Positions 1 to 9,520 of a stretch of DNA of 64,000 nt are shown piece after piece. The DNA comes from Candidatus Magasanikbacteria bacterium RIFCSPHIGHO2_01_FULL_41_23 (GTDB taxonomy: Bacteria; Patescibacteriota; Patescibacteriia; Magasanikbacterales; UBA922), in NCBI GenBank assembly GCA_001782805.1, contig MFPT01000002.1, forward strand, positions 133,401-197,400, given 5' to 3'. A program made the position numbers and the translations under genes. Numbering within the stretch: the stretch's first letter is position 1; each line of letters starts with the position of its first letter. Below the pieces are notes generated by a model. It did not search any database and was not told the origin of the DNA. It saw only the letters and a program-made list of their open reading frames with translations.

Positions 1-365
1 CAGCCAAAAAATTCGGCTTGATTTTGGTTTCTTTTCTTGGTCCAAACAGTAGTCCAAAAAAAATCAATGACTGTGCAAAAAATGCCGAAGGATTTATATA
101 TTGTTTTGCGAATCAAGGAATTACCGGAACAAAAAATACCGCGCTTGAATCAGCACGACACTATCTTTTGAAAATAAAAAAACACGTGGCCATCCCCCTG
201 GCTGTCGGTTTTGGAATTTCCACTGTCGAAGATATTCGCGCGCTTCAGGGCGCAGCCGACATTGTCATTATTGGCAGCGAATTGATTCGCGTTTTTGATA
301 AATCCGGAATTGAAGGAGTAAAAATTAAGCTGACTGAATTAATTTCAGCTCTTGAATTCGAATAA
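1..365 (+). CDS. trpA: tryptophan synthase alpha chain, C-terminal portion (5' end lies outside the window)
   Basis: ORF is open to the window edge; the PLAVGFGIS and ADIVIIGSELIR motifs resemble the TrpA C-terminal phosphate-binding region; stop at 363-365. Confidence 0.55.
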   Translation, partial: AKKFGLILVSFLGPNSSPKKINDCAKNAEGFIYCFANQGITGTKNTALESARHYLLKIKKHVAIPLAVGFGISTVEDIRALQGAADIVIIGSELIRVFDKSGIEGVKIKLTELISALEFE

Positions 366-393
366 ATTAATTGCGCTCTATACGCAAGTGTTT

Positions 394-1662
394 TTATCCC
401 ACAAATCCCTCATCCCGAAATTCAATCATTGCCTCCTCATCAAAATTCTTATCCAACATCGCGATAATACATTTTCCCAAATGGTACCCCAAATTTGGGG
501 GTACTGCATTACCGATTTGTTTATACTGTACCGATGTCGAGCCGGCAAATTTCCAATCGTCGGGAAAAGTTTGGATGCGAGCGTATTCTTGAACAGTCAA
601 CGGCCGAGTTTCTTCTGGGTGACATCGTTCAGTTTGTTTTTGCGCGGGCGCGCAGGTCAAAGTTAAACTCGGCTCATCCCAAGATAATCTTCGTGCCATT
701 CCAGTTTTTCCTCCACCCATAAAATAACTTGCCTTCATATATTCTTTTTGCAAATCTTCCGACAAATCACGCCAACAGCCACCCGGCGGAACTTTTTCCA
801 TTATTTCTTTTTTTCTTTTAGGATATTTTTGTCCTTCAGATTTTGGACAATCTTTAAAAGCTTCACGGAGTGAGACGGTGTAATCTTTTTCTTTGGGGAA
901 AAAGAAAGGAATATTTTTTAAATCACTACGGATACCAATAATTATCAATCTTTCTCTTTTTTGTGGCACATCATGATACTGTGAACGCGCTATTTTGTAA
1001 GCAACTCGATAACCTAACTCTTTCAAAATATTTACCATTATTTCCAGTGTTTTTCCATTTTCATGACGCAACAAACCTTTGACATTTTCCCCCATGATAA
1101 TTTTTGGCTGGACTTCTTTTATACAACGCGCGAATTCAAAAAAAAGTGTTCCGCGCGCATCTTCAAAACCTTTTTTATTACCGGCATAGCTAAATGCCTG
1201 ACACGGAAAACCACCTTCAACTACATCAACTTTACCTTTATATTTTTTAAAATCAATTTTAGCAATATCCTCGTGTACAATATTCCAATCTTTTCGATTT
1301 AATCTTAAAGTAGCAACAGAATTTTTATCAATCTCATTTAACAAAACATGATTGAGCCCAGCGTGATCCAGACCCAAAGCTGTTCCACCCGCGCCAGCAA
1401 ATAAATCAATAACTTTATATTTACTTTTTTGCCTAGTTTTCAAAATTTTATAATTATTTACGGTCGATGTGCCAAAAATTTTACTGTGCAACTTTTTTAA
1501 CTCTTCAATATTAAAAAGCCTATGGTTCAACGGCGAACGATGGGCTTTTATGACTCCCCTTTTATCCCAACGTCGAATCGTATCTGACGATACACCAATT
1601 ACTTCGGCGGCTTCTATGACAGTCAGCATCTGCTGAGTATTTTTGAATAAGGTAGTTTGCAT
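394..1662 (-). CDS. DNA (cytosine-5)-methyltransferase with an N-terminal MerR/excisionase-like HTH domain
   Basis: Motif I DLFAGAGG, motif IV GFPCQAFS, motif VI ENVKGL, QxRxR and the C-terminal GNAV are present; the N-terminal 45 aa (TVIEAAEVIGVSSDTIRRWDKRG) is a helix-turn-helix. Confidence 0.9.
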   Translation of the reverse strand: MQTTLFKNTQQMLTVIEAAEVIGVSSDTIRRWDKRGVIKAHRSPLNHRLFNIEELKKLHSKIFGTSTVNNYKILKTRQKSKYKVIDLFAGAGGTALGLDHAGLNHVLLNEIDKNSVATLRLNRKDWNIVHEDIAKIDFKKYKGKVDVVEGGFPCQAFSYAGNKKGFEDARGTLFFEFARCIKEVQPKIIMGENVKGLLRHENGKTLEIMVNILKELGYRVAYKIARSQYHDVPQKRERLIIIGIRSDLKNIPFFFPKEKDYTVSLREAFKDCPKSEGQKYPKRKKEIMEKVPPGGCWRDLSEDLQKEYMKASYFMGGGKTGMARRLSWDEPSLTLTCAPAQKQTERCHPEETRPLTVQEYARIQTFPDDWKFAGSTSVQYKQIGNAVPPNLGYHLGKCIIAMLDKNFDEEAMIEFRDEGFVG

Positions 1663-2135
1663 ATTGGTATAACTTCAACATAATAACCAACATAGCCTTT
1701 GTATTTGGTGCTTAATAGTTTTTTTAGATCATCATAAATAGCGACTTTGTGATTACCTTTTGTGGTATTGTGTTTATTTTTTACTTCAGCAATTATTTTT
1801 GCATCTTTGTTTACTAGATCTACAACATTCCCTACGCCCAAACTTTCCCAGCCAGTAAAGTGGCCTAAGATTTCTTGATGAAAACTACCCAAAGCATTCT
1901 GGATTGTTTTTTGTACCTGTCGAGCACTTTCTTTTTTCATCCATTCAGCTGACGATATACCGGTCGTCATTACTTCAAAGAGGGCGGAAAATGGATCAAC
2001 AACATTTTTATAAAAATCTTTTTCAGAATTATTTACCGCATTTCTTGCTACACCCAAAACAAATTCAACACCTGAATATAAATCTTGATTGATAATAAAA
2101 GGTAAAAGTTGCTTTTTTGGTATTTGATAATCCAT
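1623..2135 (-). CDS. putative type II restriction endonuclease (PD-(D/E)xK) partnered with the m5C methyltransferase
   Basis: 170-aa ORF whose 3' end overlaps the methyltransferase start by 40 nt; the D...EVK signature (VVDLVNKDAKIIAEVKNK) fits PD-(D/E)xK; no Vsr CFWHGH motif. Confidence 0.55.
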   Translation of the reverse strand: MDYQIPKKQLLPFIINQDLYSGVEFVLGVARNAVNNSEKDFYKNVVDPFSALFEVMTTGISSAEWMKKESARQVQKTIQNALGSFHQEILGHFTGWESLGVGNVVDLVNKDAKIIAEVKNKHNTTKGNHKVAIYDDLKKLLSTKYKGYVGYYVEVIPICKLPYSKILSRC

Positions 2136-2198
2136 TTTTTTAGGTTAAACAACAAATTCAACTTATCTAGTATAAACTACGATAAATGACTTGTAAAC

Positions 2199-4787
2199 TT
2201 ACACCGACCTCCTTAAATACTCCCCCGTCGCGCTTCCGCTTTTCCGCGCCACTTCTTCCGGCGTGCCAGTCGCGACAATCATTCCGCCTTTGTCCCCGCC
2301 CTCTGGTCCCAAATCAATTATCCAATCCGCGGATTTGATGACATCTAAATTGTGTTCAATCACCATGACCGTATTGCCTTGACTGGCTAATTTTTGCAAC
2401 ACATCAATCAATTTGCGCACATCATCATAATGCAATCCGGTTGTCGGCTCATCCAGTAAATATAATGTTTTGGTCGTGCCACGTTTCGCCAGTTCTTTGG
2501 AAAGTTTAATGCGTTGCGCTTCGCCGCCGGACAATGTGGTGGCGGATTGACCGAGTGTGAGATATTCCAAACCAACGGCATTCAACATTTTTAATTTATC
2601 GGCAATGTAATGAACATCGGTAAAAAACTTTTCCGCGTCTTCCACTGTCATTTCCAAAATTTCCGAAATATTTTTGCCATTATATTTTACTTGCAAAGTT
2701 TCTTGAGTAAAGCGTTTACCGCGACAAATTTCGCAGACGATTTCCACGCTGGGCAAAAAATGCATTTCAATTTCAATCGTGCCCTTGCCTTCGCAATTTT
2801 CGCAACGGCCACCAGGCCGATTGAAACTAAAACGACCGACTTTATAGCCACGCATTTTAGCTTCGGGAGTGGCCGCAAAAATTTCGCGAATATAGTCAAA
2901 CGCTTTGGTGTAGGTGGCGGGATTACTGCGTGGCGTGCGACCGATGGGCGCTTGATCAATGACGACGATTTTATCAATGTATTCCAAACCGGTGATCGCG
3001 TCGTGCGCACCAACCACATAACGCGTCCAATTTAATTTATTGGAAATCGCGCGATGCAAAATATTGTGCATCAAAGTGGATTTGCCTGAGCCTGACACGC
3101 CGGTCAAACAGACAAATCGGCGCAACGGAATTTCCACAGTGATATTTTTTAAATTATGTTCACGCGCGCCTTTTATTTTTATTTTCGGGGTTGACGAATC
3201 AACTTTACGTCGTGATTCAGGCAAGGCAACTCTTAATTCTCGACGCAGATATCGGCCAGTCAAAGATTTATCCGTACTGCCTTGCACCGTAATCACGGGC
3301 AAATCTTGGCGCTGGATAAATTTTTTATTTAATAACATTTCGCGTGGTCCGGAAAAAACAATTTCCCCACCATGCTTGCCCGCGCCTGGTCCAATATCCA
3401 CAATCCAATCACTGGCCAAAATCGTATCTTCATCATGCTCCACCACAATTATCGTATTGCCCACATCGCACAAATTGCGCAAAGTGGAAACTAAACGAGC
3501 GTTGTCGCGTTGATGTAAACCAATGGTCGGTTCGTCAAGTACATACAATGCTCCCACGAGTTTGGTGCCCACTTGCGATGCCAGACGAATCCGTTGCGCT
3601 TCTCCGCCCGACAGCGTGCCCGCACGACGACCAAGCGTCAAATAATGCAGGCCAACATCAAACATAAATTGCAAGCGATTGCTGATTTCCCTAAACACAG
3701 CCGTGGCGATGGCCACTTCTTTCTCTGGCAATTCCAATTCAATCAGGGCAAAAAATTCGCGCGCATCCGCAATCGTCATGGTCGTCACTTCCCAAATATT
3801 TTTACCCGCAATTTTTACATTGAGCGCGTTGGCATTCAAACGCTTGCCCGCGCACACTGCACAAATTTCTTCACTGAAAATTTCCTTGACTCCCAAACCA
3901 GTGCACGATGCGCAATACCCGTATGGACTGTTAAAACTAAACAAACGCGGTTCAATTTCCGGAAAACTATAGCCATCACTCGGACAAGAATATTCCGTGC
4001 TGTAAATTTGTTCGGTTTTGTCGGGAAATTGAACAGTACACAAACCATTGGACAGTTGCACCGCGCTTTCCACGGCTTCATTCAAACGCTGAATATTCTC
4101 CGCGCTCGCATCATCTTGCAAAATGACAGAAGGAATACGATCAACTACAACCTCAATCGTATGTTTAAAATTTTTAGTAAGAGTAATCCGCTCGCGCAAA
4201 CTGGTTATTTTTCCATCCACCCGCACTTCCACAAATCCGGAATTATAAAAATCATAGAGCATCTGATAATACTCGCCTTTTCGTCCGCGCACCACGGGCG
4301 CGAAAATCAATAATTCTTCGCCGATATTTTTTTGGTTGTTGGCTTGATGATTTTTGATGCCCGCGTTAATTTTTTCCATCATTTCGTCGACGCTCATCTT
4401 GGCAATCTCTGTCCCGCACAGCGGACAAAACGGATGCCCGATGCGCGCGTACAACACACGCAAATAATCATAAATTTCCGTAATCGTCGCTACGGTGGAA
4501 CGCGGATTGGCGCTATGCGCTTTTTGGTCAATGGAAATCGCGGGCGACAATCCCTCAATCTCGTCAACATCCGGTTTTTGCATCCCGCCCAAAAATTGCC
4601 GCGCATAGGCCGACAAACTTTCAATATACCGACGCTGACCTTCGGCAAAAATCGTATCAAACGCCAAACTGGATTTGCCCGAACCGGACAAACCCGTAAA
4701 CACAATCATCTGATTGCGCGGAAGTTCCAAAGAAATATTCTTGAGGTTGTGTTCGCGGGCGCCACGGATAATGATCTTTTCTTGCAT
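2199..4787 (-). CDS. uvrA: excinuclease ABC subunit A
   Basis: 862 aa; two ABC ATPase modules (GLSGSGKSSLAF and GVSGSGKSTL), LSGGE signatures and Cys-rich zinc-finger insertions. Confidence 0.95.
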   Translation of the reverse strand: MQEKIIIRGAREHNLKNISLELPRNQMIVFTGLSGSGKSSLAFDTIFAEGQRRYIESLSAYARQFLGGMQKPDVDEIEGLSPAISIDQKAHSANPRSTVATITEIYDYLRVLYARIGHPFCPLCGTEIAKMSVDEMMEKINAGIKNHQANNQKNIGEELLIFAPVVRGRKGEYYQMLYDFYNSGFVEVRVDGKITSLRERITLTKNFKHTIEVVVDRIPSVILQDDASAENIQRLNEAVESAVQLSNGLCTVQFPDKTEQIYSTEYSCPSDGYSFPEIEPRLFSFNSPYGYCASCTGLGVKEIFSEEICAVCAGKRLNANALNVKIAGKNIWEVTTMTIADAREFFALIELELPEKEVAIATAVFREISNRLQFMFDVGLHYLTLGRRAGTLSGGEAQRIRLASQVGTKLVGALYVLDEPTIGLHQRDNARLVSTLRNLCDVGNTIIVVEHDEDTILASDWIVDIGPGAGKHGGEIVFSGPREMLLNKKFIQRQDLPVITVQGSTDKSLTGRYLRRELRVALPESRRKVDSSTPKIKIKGAREHNLKNITVEIPLRRFVCLTGVSGSGKSTLMHNILHRAISNKLNWTRYVVGAHDAITGLEYIDKIVVIDQAPIGRTPRSNPATYTKAFDYIREIFAATPEAKMRGYKVGRFSFNRPGGRCENCEGKGTIEIEMHFLPSVEIVCEICRGKRFTQETLQVKYNGKNISEILEMTVEDAEKFFTDVHYIADKLKMLNAVGLEYLTLGQSATTLSGGEAQRIKLSKELAKRGTTKTLYLLDEPTTGLHYDDVRKLIDVLQKLASQGNTVMVIEHNLDVIKSADWIIDLGPEGGDKGGMIVATGTPEEVARKSGSATGEYLRRSV

Positions 4788-4991
4788 AATTTTGGATATA
4801 AAATGGAAAATTGCCCTCGGGTGAGGGCATATACAAATATGGAAAAAGTATAGAGGAAAGTGGGGGAATGGTCAATAAAAAAACCGATACCAATTATACA
4901 AGTATCGATTTAAAACAAATTAAAATGTGTTTGCCCGCCCGTGTTGTCGACGCATGGGCGGACAAACACGGGCGGTTGGATGGTGTGCGCC

Positions 4992-5210
4992 TTACACTGA
5001 GCGCAGCTTCCTCCTGAAGTCAGGCTTAGGAAGAACCCTGACCTGAATCACGACATGCGCATCCCCTCTTGAGCAGGGAAACGCAGGCGTCCCCAGAATG
5101 AGAGACACTGCATGGTAAGCCTTGCCTTCCCAAACAAACGGTGGCATCTTCATGTAAGCCGACCCGTCGTGCTCGAACCACTCGCCGATTTTGAGATTTT
5201 CCACAGTCAC
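4992..5210 (-). CDS. hypothetical small protein (72 aa) inside a GC-rich island; alternatively this region is a structured ncRNA
   Basis: About 57% GC against an AT-rich background; GTG start preceded 8 nt upstream by AGGGAGAA; no recognisable domain. Confidence 0.25.
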   Translation of the reverse strand: MTVENLKIGEWFEHDGSAYMKMPPFVWEGKAYHAVSLILGTPAFPCSRGDAHVVIQVRVLPKPDFRRKLRSV

Positions 5211-5344
5211 TATTTCTGTTCTCCCTGCGGTAAAAACCGCATTGTTCTTTGGACAATATAATCATATTCCAGTGCATATTGCAAATAAATATGACTTTGG
5301 TTATGATACCAGTCTATACTTTTTATTTATTTAATTTAGTTTTT

Positions 5345-5797
5345 ATGAAGCACGTCAAAAACTACTCGGTCTTGGGCGCAACTGCTCTTTTATTTCTTGG
5401 CGCAGGTTGTGCCAACACGCCTGTCCAACCAGAAGCAAAACCAGTAAACGAAGCCGTACCGGTTTCGGCTCCAGCAGTATCCGTGGAAACAACTATCACA
5501 GCTCCAGCAACCAATGAACTTTCTCTTACCGGTGAAGCAAAAGGCAATATGCTTGTCCATCTTAGTTTTACCACTCCGGCTGAAATGGACAAAGATGTTC
5601 AAGGATTTAGACTGCTCATGGGTCGAGAAGAAAACCCAACACCCCAAACTGCCACCGATTGGTATGATCTTGGCTCAGCTCACCGAAGCAAAGATTGGAC
5701 TGTAAACGCGATCGGCTCGCGTCATTTCCGCGTTTGCACACTGATAAAAAATCAATGCCAAACATTTAGTAATAATCTGGAATTGGACGTTAAATAA
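5345..5797 (+). CDS. lipoprotein (hypothetical)
   Basis: Start chosen at MKHVKNYSVLGATALLFLGAGC, a signal peptide with an LGAGC lipobox; the six-frame ORF extends further upstream to 5249. Confidence 0.6.
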   Translation: MKHVKNYSVLGATALLFLGAGCANTPVQPEAKPVNEAVPVSAPAVSVETTITAPATNELSLTGEAKGNMLVHLSFTTPAEMDKDVQGFRLLMGREENPTPQTATDWYDLGSAHRSKDWTVNAIGSRHFRVCTLIKNQCQTFSNNLELDVK

Positions 5798-6437
5798 AAA
5801 ACTTAGGAAGCGGTTTTGTAATTTTAATTTGCCAAACCGCCTTTAACCGCGCCAACCATTCGCGCGGTTTTTCTATTCGCCAAGAATTATATTCGCGATA
5901 ATCCGCATTGACCGGCACCACATTCATCCCCATCGATTCGCATAAATATACTATCCGCGGCAAATGAAATGATTGTGACACGACAATCGCGTTTTTGATT
6001 CCATATAATCTGGTTTCGCGCCAACAACTTTCATAAGTTCTATACCCGTGCGGATCAATCATAATATCTTGAACCGCGACTCCATTGGCAATTACTAAAG
6101 AACGCATTGCGGATATTTCATCAGCACGAGAAGCGCCATCATCGCCGGTCAAAAATAATTTTTGCACTTTTTGTTGTTTATACAAATCAATACCAATCAG
6201 CACGCGATCATATTGCATGTCGCTCATTTCGGTTTTGGTTTTCATTCCTCCGCCAAAAATAATCGCAATAGTTGAGGTTGGCGCTTGCGCTAATTTAAAA
6301 ATTCGCGACGAATTATTTAAAATTATAAAATTCGCCAATAACAAAAAAAATAATCCAATGGCAAACGAAATCATCGACGACCAACCAATTAATTTTAATT
6401 TTTTAGAAAATATCATTTTAATTATACTATCTTCCAA
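5790..6437 (-). CDS. SanA/YdcF (DUF218) family membrane protein
   Basis: N-terminal TM helix followed by a DUF218-like core (IIFGGG ... LFLTGDDGASRADE ... VVSQSFHLPR). Confidence 0.6.
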   Translation of the reverse strand: MEDSIIKMIFSKKLKLIGWSSMISFAIGLFFLLLANFIILNNSSRIFKLAQAPTSTIAIIFGGGMKTKTEMSDMQYDRVLIGIDLYKQQKVQKLFLTGDDGASRADEISAMRSLVIANGVAVQDIMIDPHGYRTYESCWRETRLYGIKNAIVVSQSFHLPRIVYLCESMGMNVVPVNADYREYNSWRIEKPREWLARLKAVWQIKITKPLPKFFI

Positions 6438-6641
6438 TTAATAAAATAATCAAACCAAAATCAATCATTAAATTAAATTTAAAAAATACTGAATATTTAT
6501 TAGTATATATTGAGATACGATATTCGTAAACCTTTGAAAATTCCTCAAAACACAAATACTTTTTTATGTTTTTAGGAATTTGGCCAGAGAGGAAGCTGGC
6601 CAGAGGTGGGAGGAAGTGGCGAGGACAGAGGACAACGGCGG

Positions 6642-7091
6642 TTAGTCGGTGAAGCCGAAAAGCGAACGGCGGCGGAACTGTCCCTTCGCAGGGACACGCA
6701 CCAGACGACGCCAGTCAACATTGCCATCAAGGCAGAGCGCAGTGCCACTCCGCACCGAGCCAAGCCCGATGATCGGATCTCGCCGCTGTTCTTCGGGACA
6801 CTGGATCCCGATTGCCAGCGTGTGACTCGCCCGCATGAGCTTCTTTCCGGAGGTTTCTTCCCAGACCATGATTCCCTCGCTGGAGGGATCTTGGTCAAAC
6901 CTCACAAGATGAACATCCGCGGATTCGCGCAAGAACATCTGTTCGGGAGCAAACAAGCTCCCAATGTCAAACGTAACCTCGTTGTAGTTGCCGAGACGGA
7001 TCGCCTCGGCAATTCCCATCATGGTATAGGGCCGAAGACATATCGTCTTCACGACCGTACCAACCAGCGGCGCCATATTTGGCGATCGCAT
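6642..7091 (-). CDS. hypothetical protein in a GC-rich island; weak resemblance to the dCTP deaminase/dUTPase fold (RLGN motif)
   Basis: About 58% GC; the start codon is preceded by GGGAGGTGAT; AIRLGNYNEVTF resembles the Dcd VDVRLGN strand; otherwise unassigned. Confidence 0.4.
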   Translation of the reverse strand: MRSPNMAPLVGTVVKTICLRPYTMMGIAEAIRLGNYNEVTFDIGSLFAPEQMFLRESADVHLVRFDQDPSSEGIMVWEETSGKKLMRASHTLAIGIQCPEEQRRDPIIGLGSVRSGTALCLDGNVDWRRLVRVPAKGQFRRRSLFGFTD

Positions 7092-7252
7092 ATCACCTCC
7101 CAATGTACGAGTTTTTGTTGGTTGTTAAGTCAGAATTTCTCCCGACTGTTTTCTGCGCTTCATTACTTTAATAAAGAGAAAAAACAGTGGAGAAAAATAA
7201 AATATAGAAAAAACTGATTAAAAAAATTTATACCATAAAACTACGACGTTTG

Positions 7253-9325
7253 TCAAGACGTACGTGCCTTAAGTTCCCGAATCTCATCACGTAAAATCGT
7301 CGCTAATTCAAATTCCAAATCTTGCGCCGCCTGTTTCATTTGCGCTTCTTTATCCTTGATAATAACTTTTATCGGTCGCGCATCGCCAATAATATCCAAA
7401 TCAGTCACACCAACGCCCGCTGATTTTTTCTTAATTTTTTTACCTCGCTCTGAAACATTTTCCGCAGAAATTCCAAACTCCTCCAAAATATTGCGAATAC
7501 TTTTGGCAATGGTTTTGGGAGTTATATTATGTTTTTTATTGTACGCCAATTGTTTGTCACGCCGACGCGCGGTTTCGGCCAGCGCGCGCTCAATGGATCC
7601 GGTCAGATGATCGGCATACATCACGACCAAACCATTCACATTACGCGCGGCCCGGCCAATGGTTTGAATCAAACTCGTAACACTCCGCAAAAAACCTTCT
7701 TTATCCGCGTCCAAAATCGCGACAAAAGAAACTTCAGGAATATCCAAGCCTTCGCGCAATAAATTCACGCCCACAATCACATCAATCTCCCCACGACGTA
7801 ATTTAGTAATAATATCAATGCGATTAATCGTAAGTACATCACTGTGTAAATATTCCACTTTAATTTTTTTCTTCACTAAAAATTCCGTCAAATCCTCGGC
7901 CATTTTTTTGGTAAGTGTGGTTACGAGCGTTCGCTCTTTTTTTGCTATTCTTTCTTGAATTCGGAGTATAACGTCGTCTACTTGCGACAATGAATCTTTG
8001 CTCGCAGTGACTGGCCGAATTAAAACTTGCGGATCAACCAAACCAGTCGGACGCACAATTTGTTCCGCGATATTTTGCGCAGTAGTCAATTCATATTCCG
8101 CTGGCGTAGCCGAAACATAAATCACTTGTTCGGTGCGAGTGGCAAATTCTTCATATTTTAGTGGCCGATTGTCGCGTGCACTCGGTAAACGAAAACCATG
8201 TTCCACCAAAGTATCTTTGCGCGCTCTATCCCCATTATACATTCCGCGAATTTGCGAAACTGTAACATGTGATTCATCAATCACGGTTAAAAAATTATTT
8301 TTCCCTTCGCTTACTTTTTCCTTGTTTTCATTTTCCTTCCCACCCGCATATTTAAAATAATCCAATAATGTAAATGGTGGTTCATCGGCCACGCGTCCAT
8401 CAAAATGTCGTGAATAATTTTCAATCCCGTTGCAATAGCCGATATTTTTTATCATTTCCAAATCATATTTTACGCGCCGTTTTAATCTTTCATATTCCAA
8501 AACTTTTCCTTTTTTGGTAAAATTTTGCAATTGTTCTTCCAACTCTTGTTCAATATTCCCAAACGCGCGTTCGCGCATTTCCGGAGTGGCCACATAATGT
8601 TTGGCCGGAAATAACCAAATATCTTCTTGCGCGCGGATGATTTGTCGCGTCACCGCTTCCACTTTTTCAATTGCAATAATATGACTGCCGATTTCCAAGC
8701 GATAAATCACTTCTTCATTTACGGGCATCAGTTCCAAAACTTGTCCGCGCAACCGAAATGTTCCGCGCGTCAAATCCGTATTGGTGCGCGTAAACTGCAT
8801 GGCGATTAATTGTTGCAACACGGCCGTCCGATCAAGCTTATCACCCACGCGCAAATGCAAAACAATTTTTTCATATTCCGTAGGCGAACCCAAACCATAA
8901 ATCGCGGACACTGATGCCACAATAATTACATCGCGCCGCGTCAACAGAGCTTGTGTGCAAGCATGACGCAGACGATCAATTTCTTCATTAATCTGCGCTT
9001 CTTTTTCAATATACGTATCTGATCCGGGCATATATGCCTCGGGCTGATAATAATCATAATAACTGACAAAATATTCCACCGCGTTGTCGGGAAAAAACTC
9101 GCGAAATTCATTGCACAATTGCGCGGCCAAAGTTTTGTTGTGCGCGATTACCAGCGTGGGCAATTGTGTTTGCGCGATCACATTCGCGATCGTAAAGGTT
9201 TTTCCCGAGCCGGTCACGCCCAACAAAACTTGTTTACGTAAATTTTTTTCTATACCGGAAACTAAACTCGCAATCGCTTGCGGCTGGTCGCCGGCGGGTT
9301 TGTAGGATGAAACGAGTTTGAACAT
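7253..9325 (-). CDS. uvrB: excinuclease ABC subunit B
   Basis: 690 aa; helicase motifs GVTGSGKT and DESH; C-terminal UVR domain (ILRDEIRELKAR). Confidence 0.95.
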   Translation of the reverse strand: MFKLVSSYKPAGDQPQAIASLVSGIEKNLRKQVLLGVTGSGKTFTIANVIAQTQLPTLVIAHNKTLAAQLCNEFREFFPDNAVEYFVSYYDYYQPEAYMPGSDTYIEKEAQINEEIDRLRHACTQALLTRRDVIIVASVSAIYGLGSPTEYEKIVLHLRVGDKLDRTAVLQQLIAMQFTRTNTDLTRGTFRLRGQVLELMPVNEEVIYRLEIGSHIIAIEKVEAVTRQIIRAQEDIWLFPAKHYVATPEMRERAFGNIEQELEEQLQNFTKKGKVLEYERLKRRVKYDLEMIKNIGYCNGIENYSRHFDGRVADEPPFTLLDYFKYAGGKENENKEKVSEGKNNFLTVIDESHVTVSQIRGMYNGDRARKDTLVEHGFRLPSARDNRPLKYEEFATRTEQVIYVSATPAEYELTTAQNIAEQIVRPTGLVDPQVLIRPVTASKDSLSQVDDVILRIQERIAKKERTLVTTLTKKMAEDLTEFLVKKKIKVEYLHSDVLTINRIDIITKLRRGEIDVIVGVNLLREGLDIPEVSFVAILDADKEGFLRSVTSLIQTIGRAARNVNGLVVMYADHLTGSIERALAETARRRDKQLAYNKKHNITPKTIAKSIRNILEEFGISAENVSERGKKIKKKSAGVGVTDLDIIGDARPIKVIIKDKEAQMKQAAQDLEFELATILRDEIRELKARTS

Positions 9326-9444
9326 ATTAACTTTTTTTGAGGATAATCTCCTTAAATAGGTATTTTTAAGTGAATATGATCCCCTATTTACGAGATTATG
9401 TCAAAATTTTGTAATAGCCTAACACAAAACAAGAAAATGAAATT

Positions 9445-9520
9445 CAAAAACTTAAACTAAAAAAATAAATAAACTGAAGTGCCAAACTTAAATTTATGAC
9501 CTCGCCGCGGGACGGAACCC
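9445..9520. repeat. 76-bp perfect direct repeat, copy 1 (pairs with 12081-12157)
   Basis: Identical string aaaaacttaaactaaaaaaataaataaactgaagtgccaaacttaaatttatgacctcgccgcgggacggaaccc at both positions; weaker similarity continues about 50 bp further. Confidence 0.9.

Noticed and set aside
1623-2135. Vsr very-short-patch-repair endonuclease (the usual partner overlapping dcm)
   Set aside because: The 170-aa protein lacks the Vsr FxHGCFWHxH zinc/His motif and instead has a PD-(D/E)xK-like D...EVK signature.
2610-4313. ORFs 2610-3035(+), 2687-3019(-), 3040-3513(+), 3344-3667(+), 3573-4313(+), 3679-3972(+)
   Set aside because: All lie antisense or out of frame inside uvrA; their Arg/His-rich junk composition marks them as shadows of a well-supported gene.
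4920-5250. RNase P RNA, tmRNA, SRP RNA or 6S RNA in the GC-rich block
   Set aside because: I could not find the P4 GGAAAGUCCGG/ACAGAA motifs, a tRNA-like T arm with an ...ALAA tag frame, or the SRP helix-8 GGAA tetraloop in the right context. A 9-nt CAGGUCAGG match is separated from the expected motif by an insertion. Left unresolved rather than called.
6606-7217. 203-aa plus-strand ORF and 108-aa minus-strand ORF (6572-6898) in the GC-rich island
   Set aside because: Long open frames are expected by chance in 58% GC DNA. Both translate to Arg/Pro-rich low-complexity sequence and lack an RBS, whereas the 6642-7091 minus-strand frame has a consensus SD and protein-like composition.
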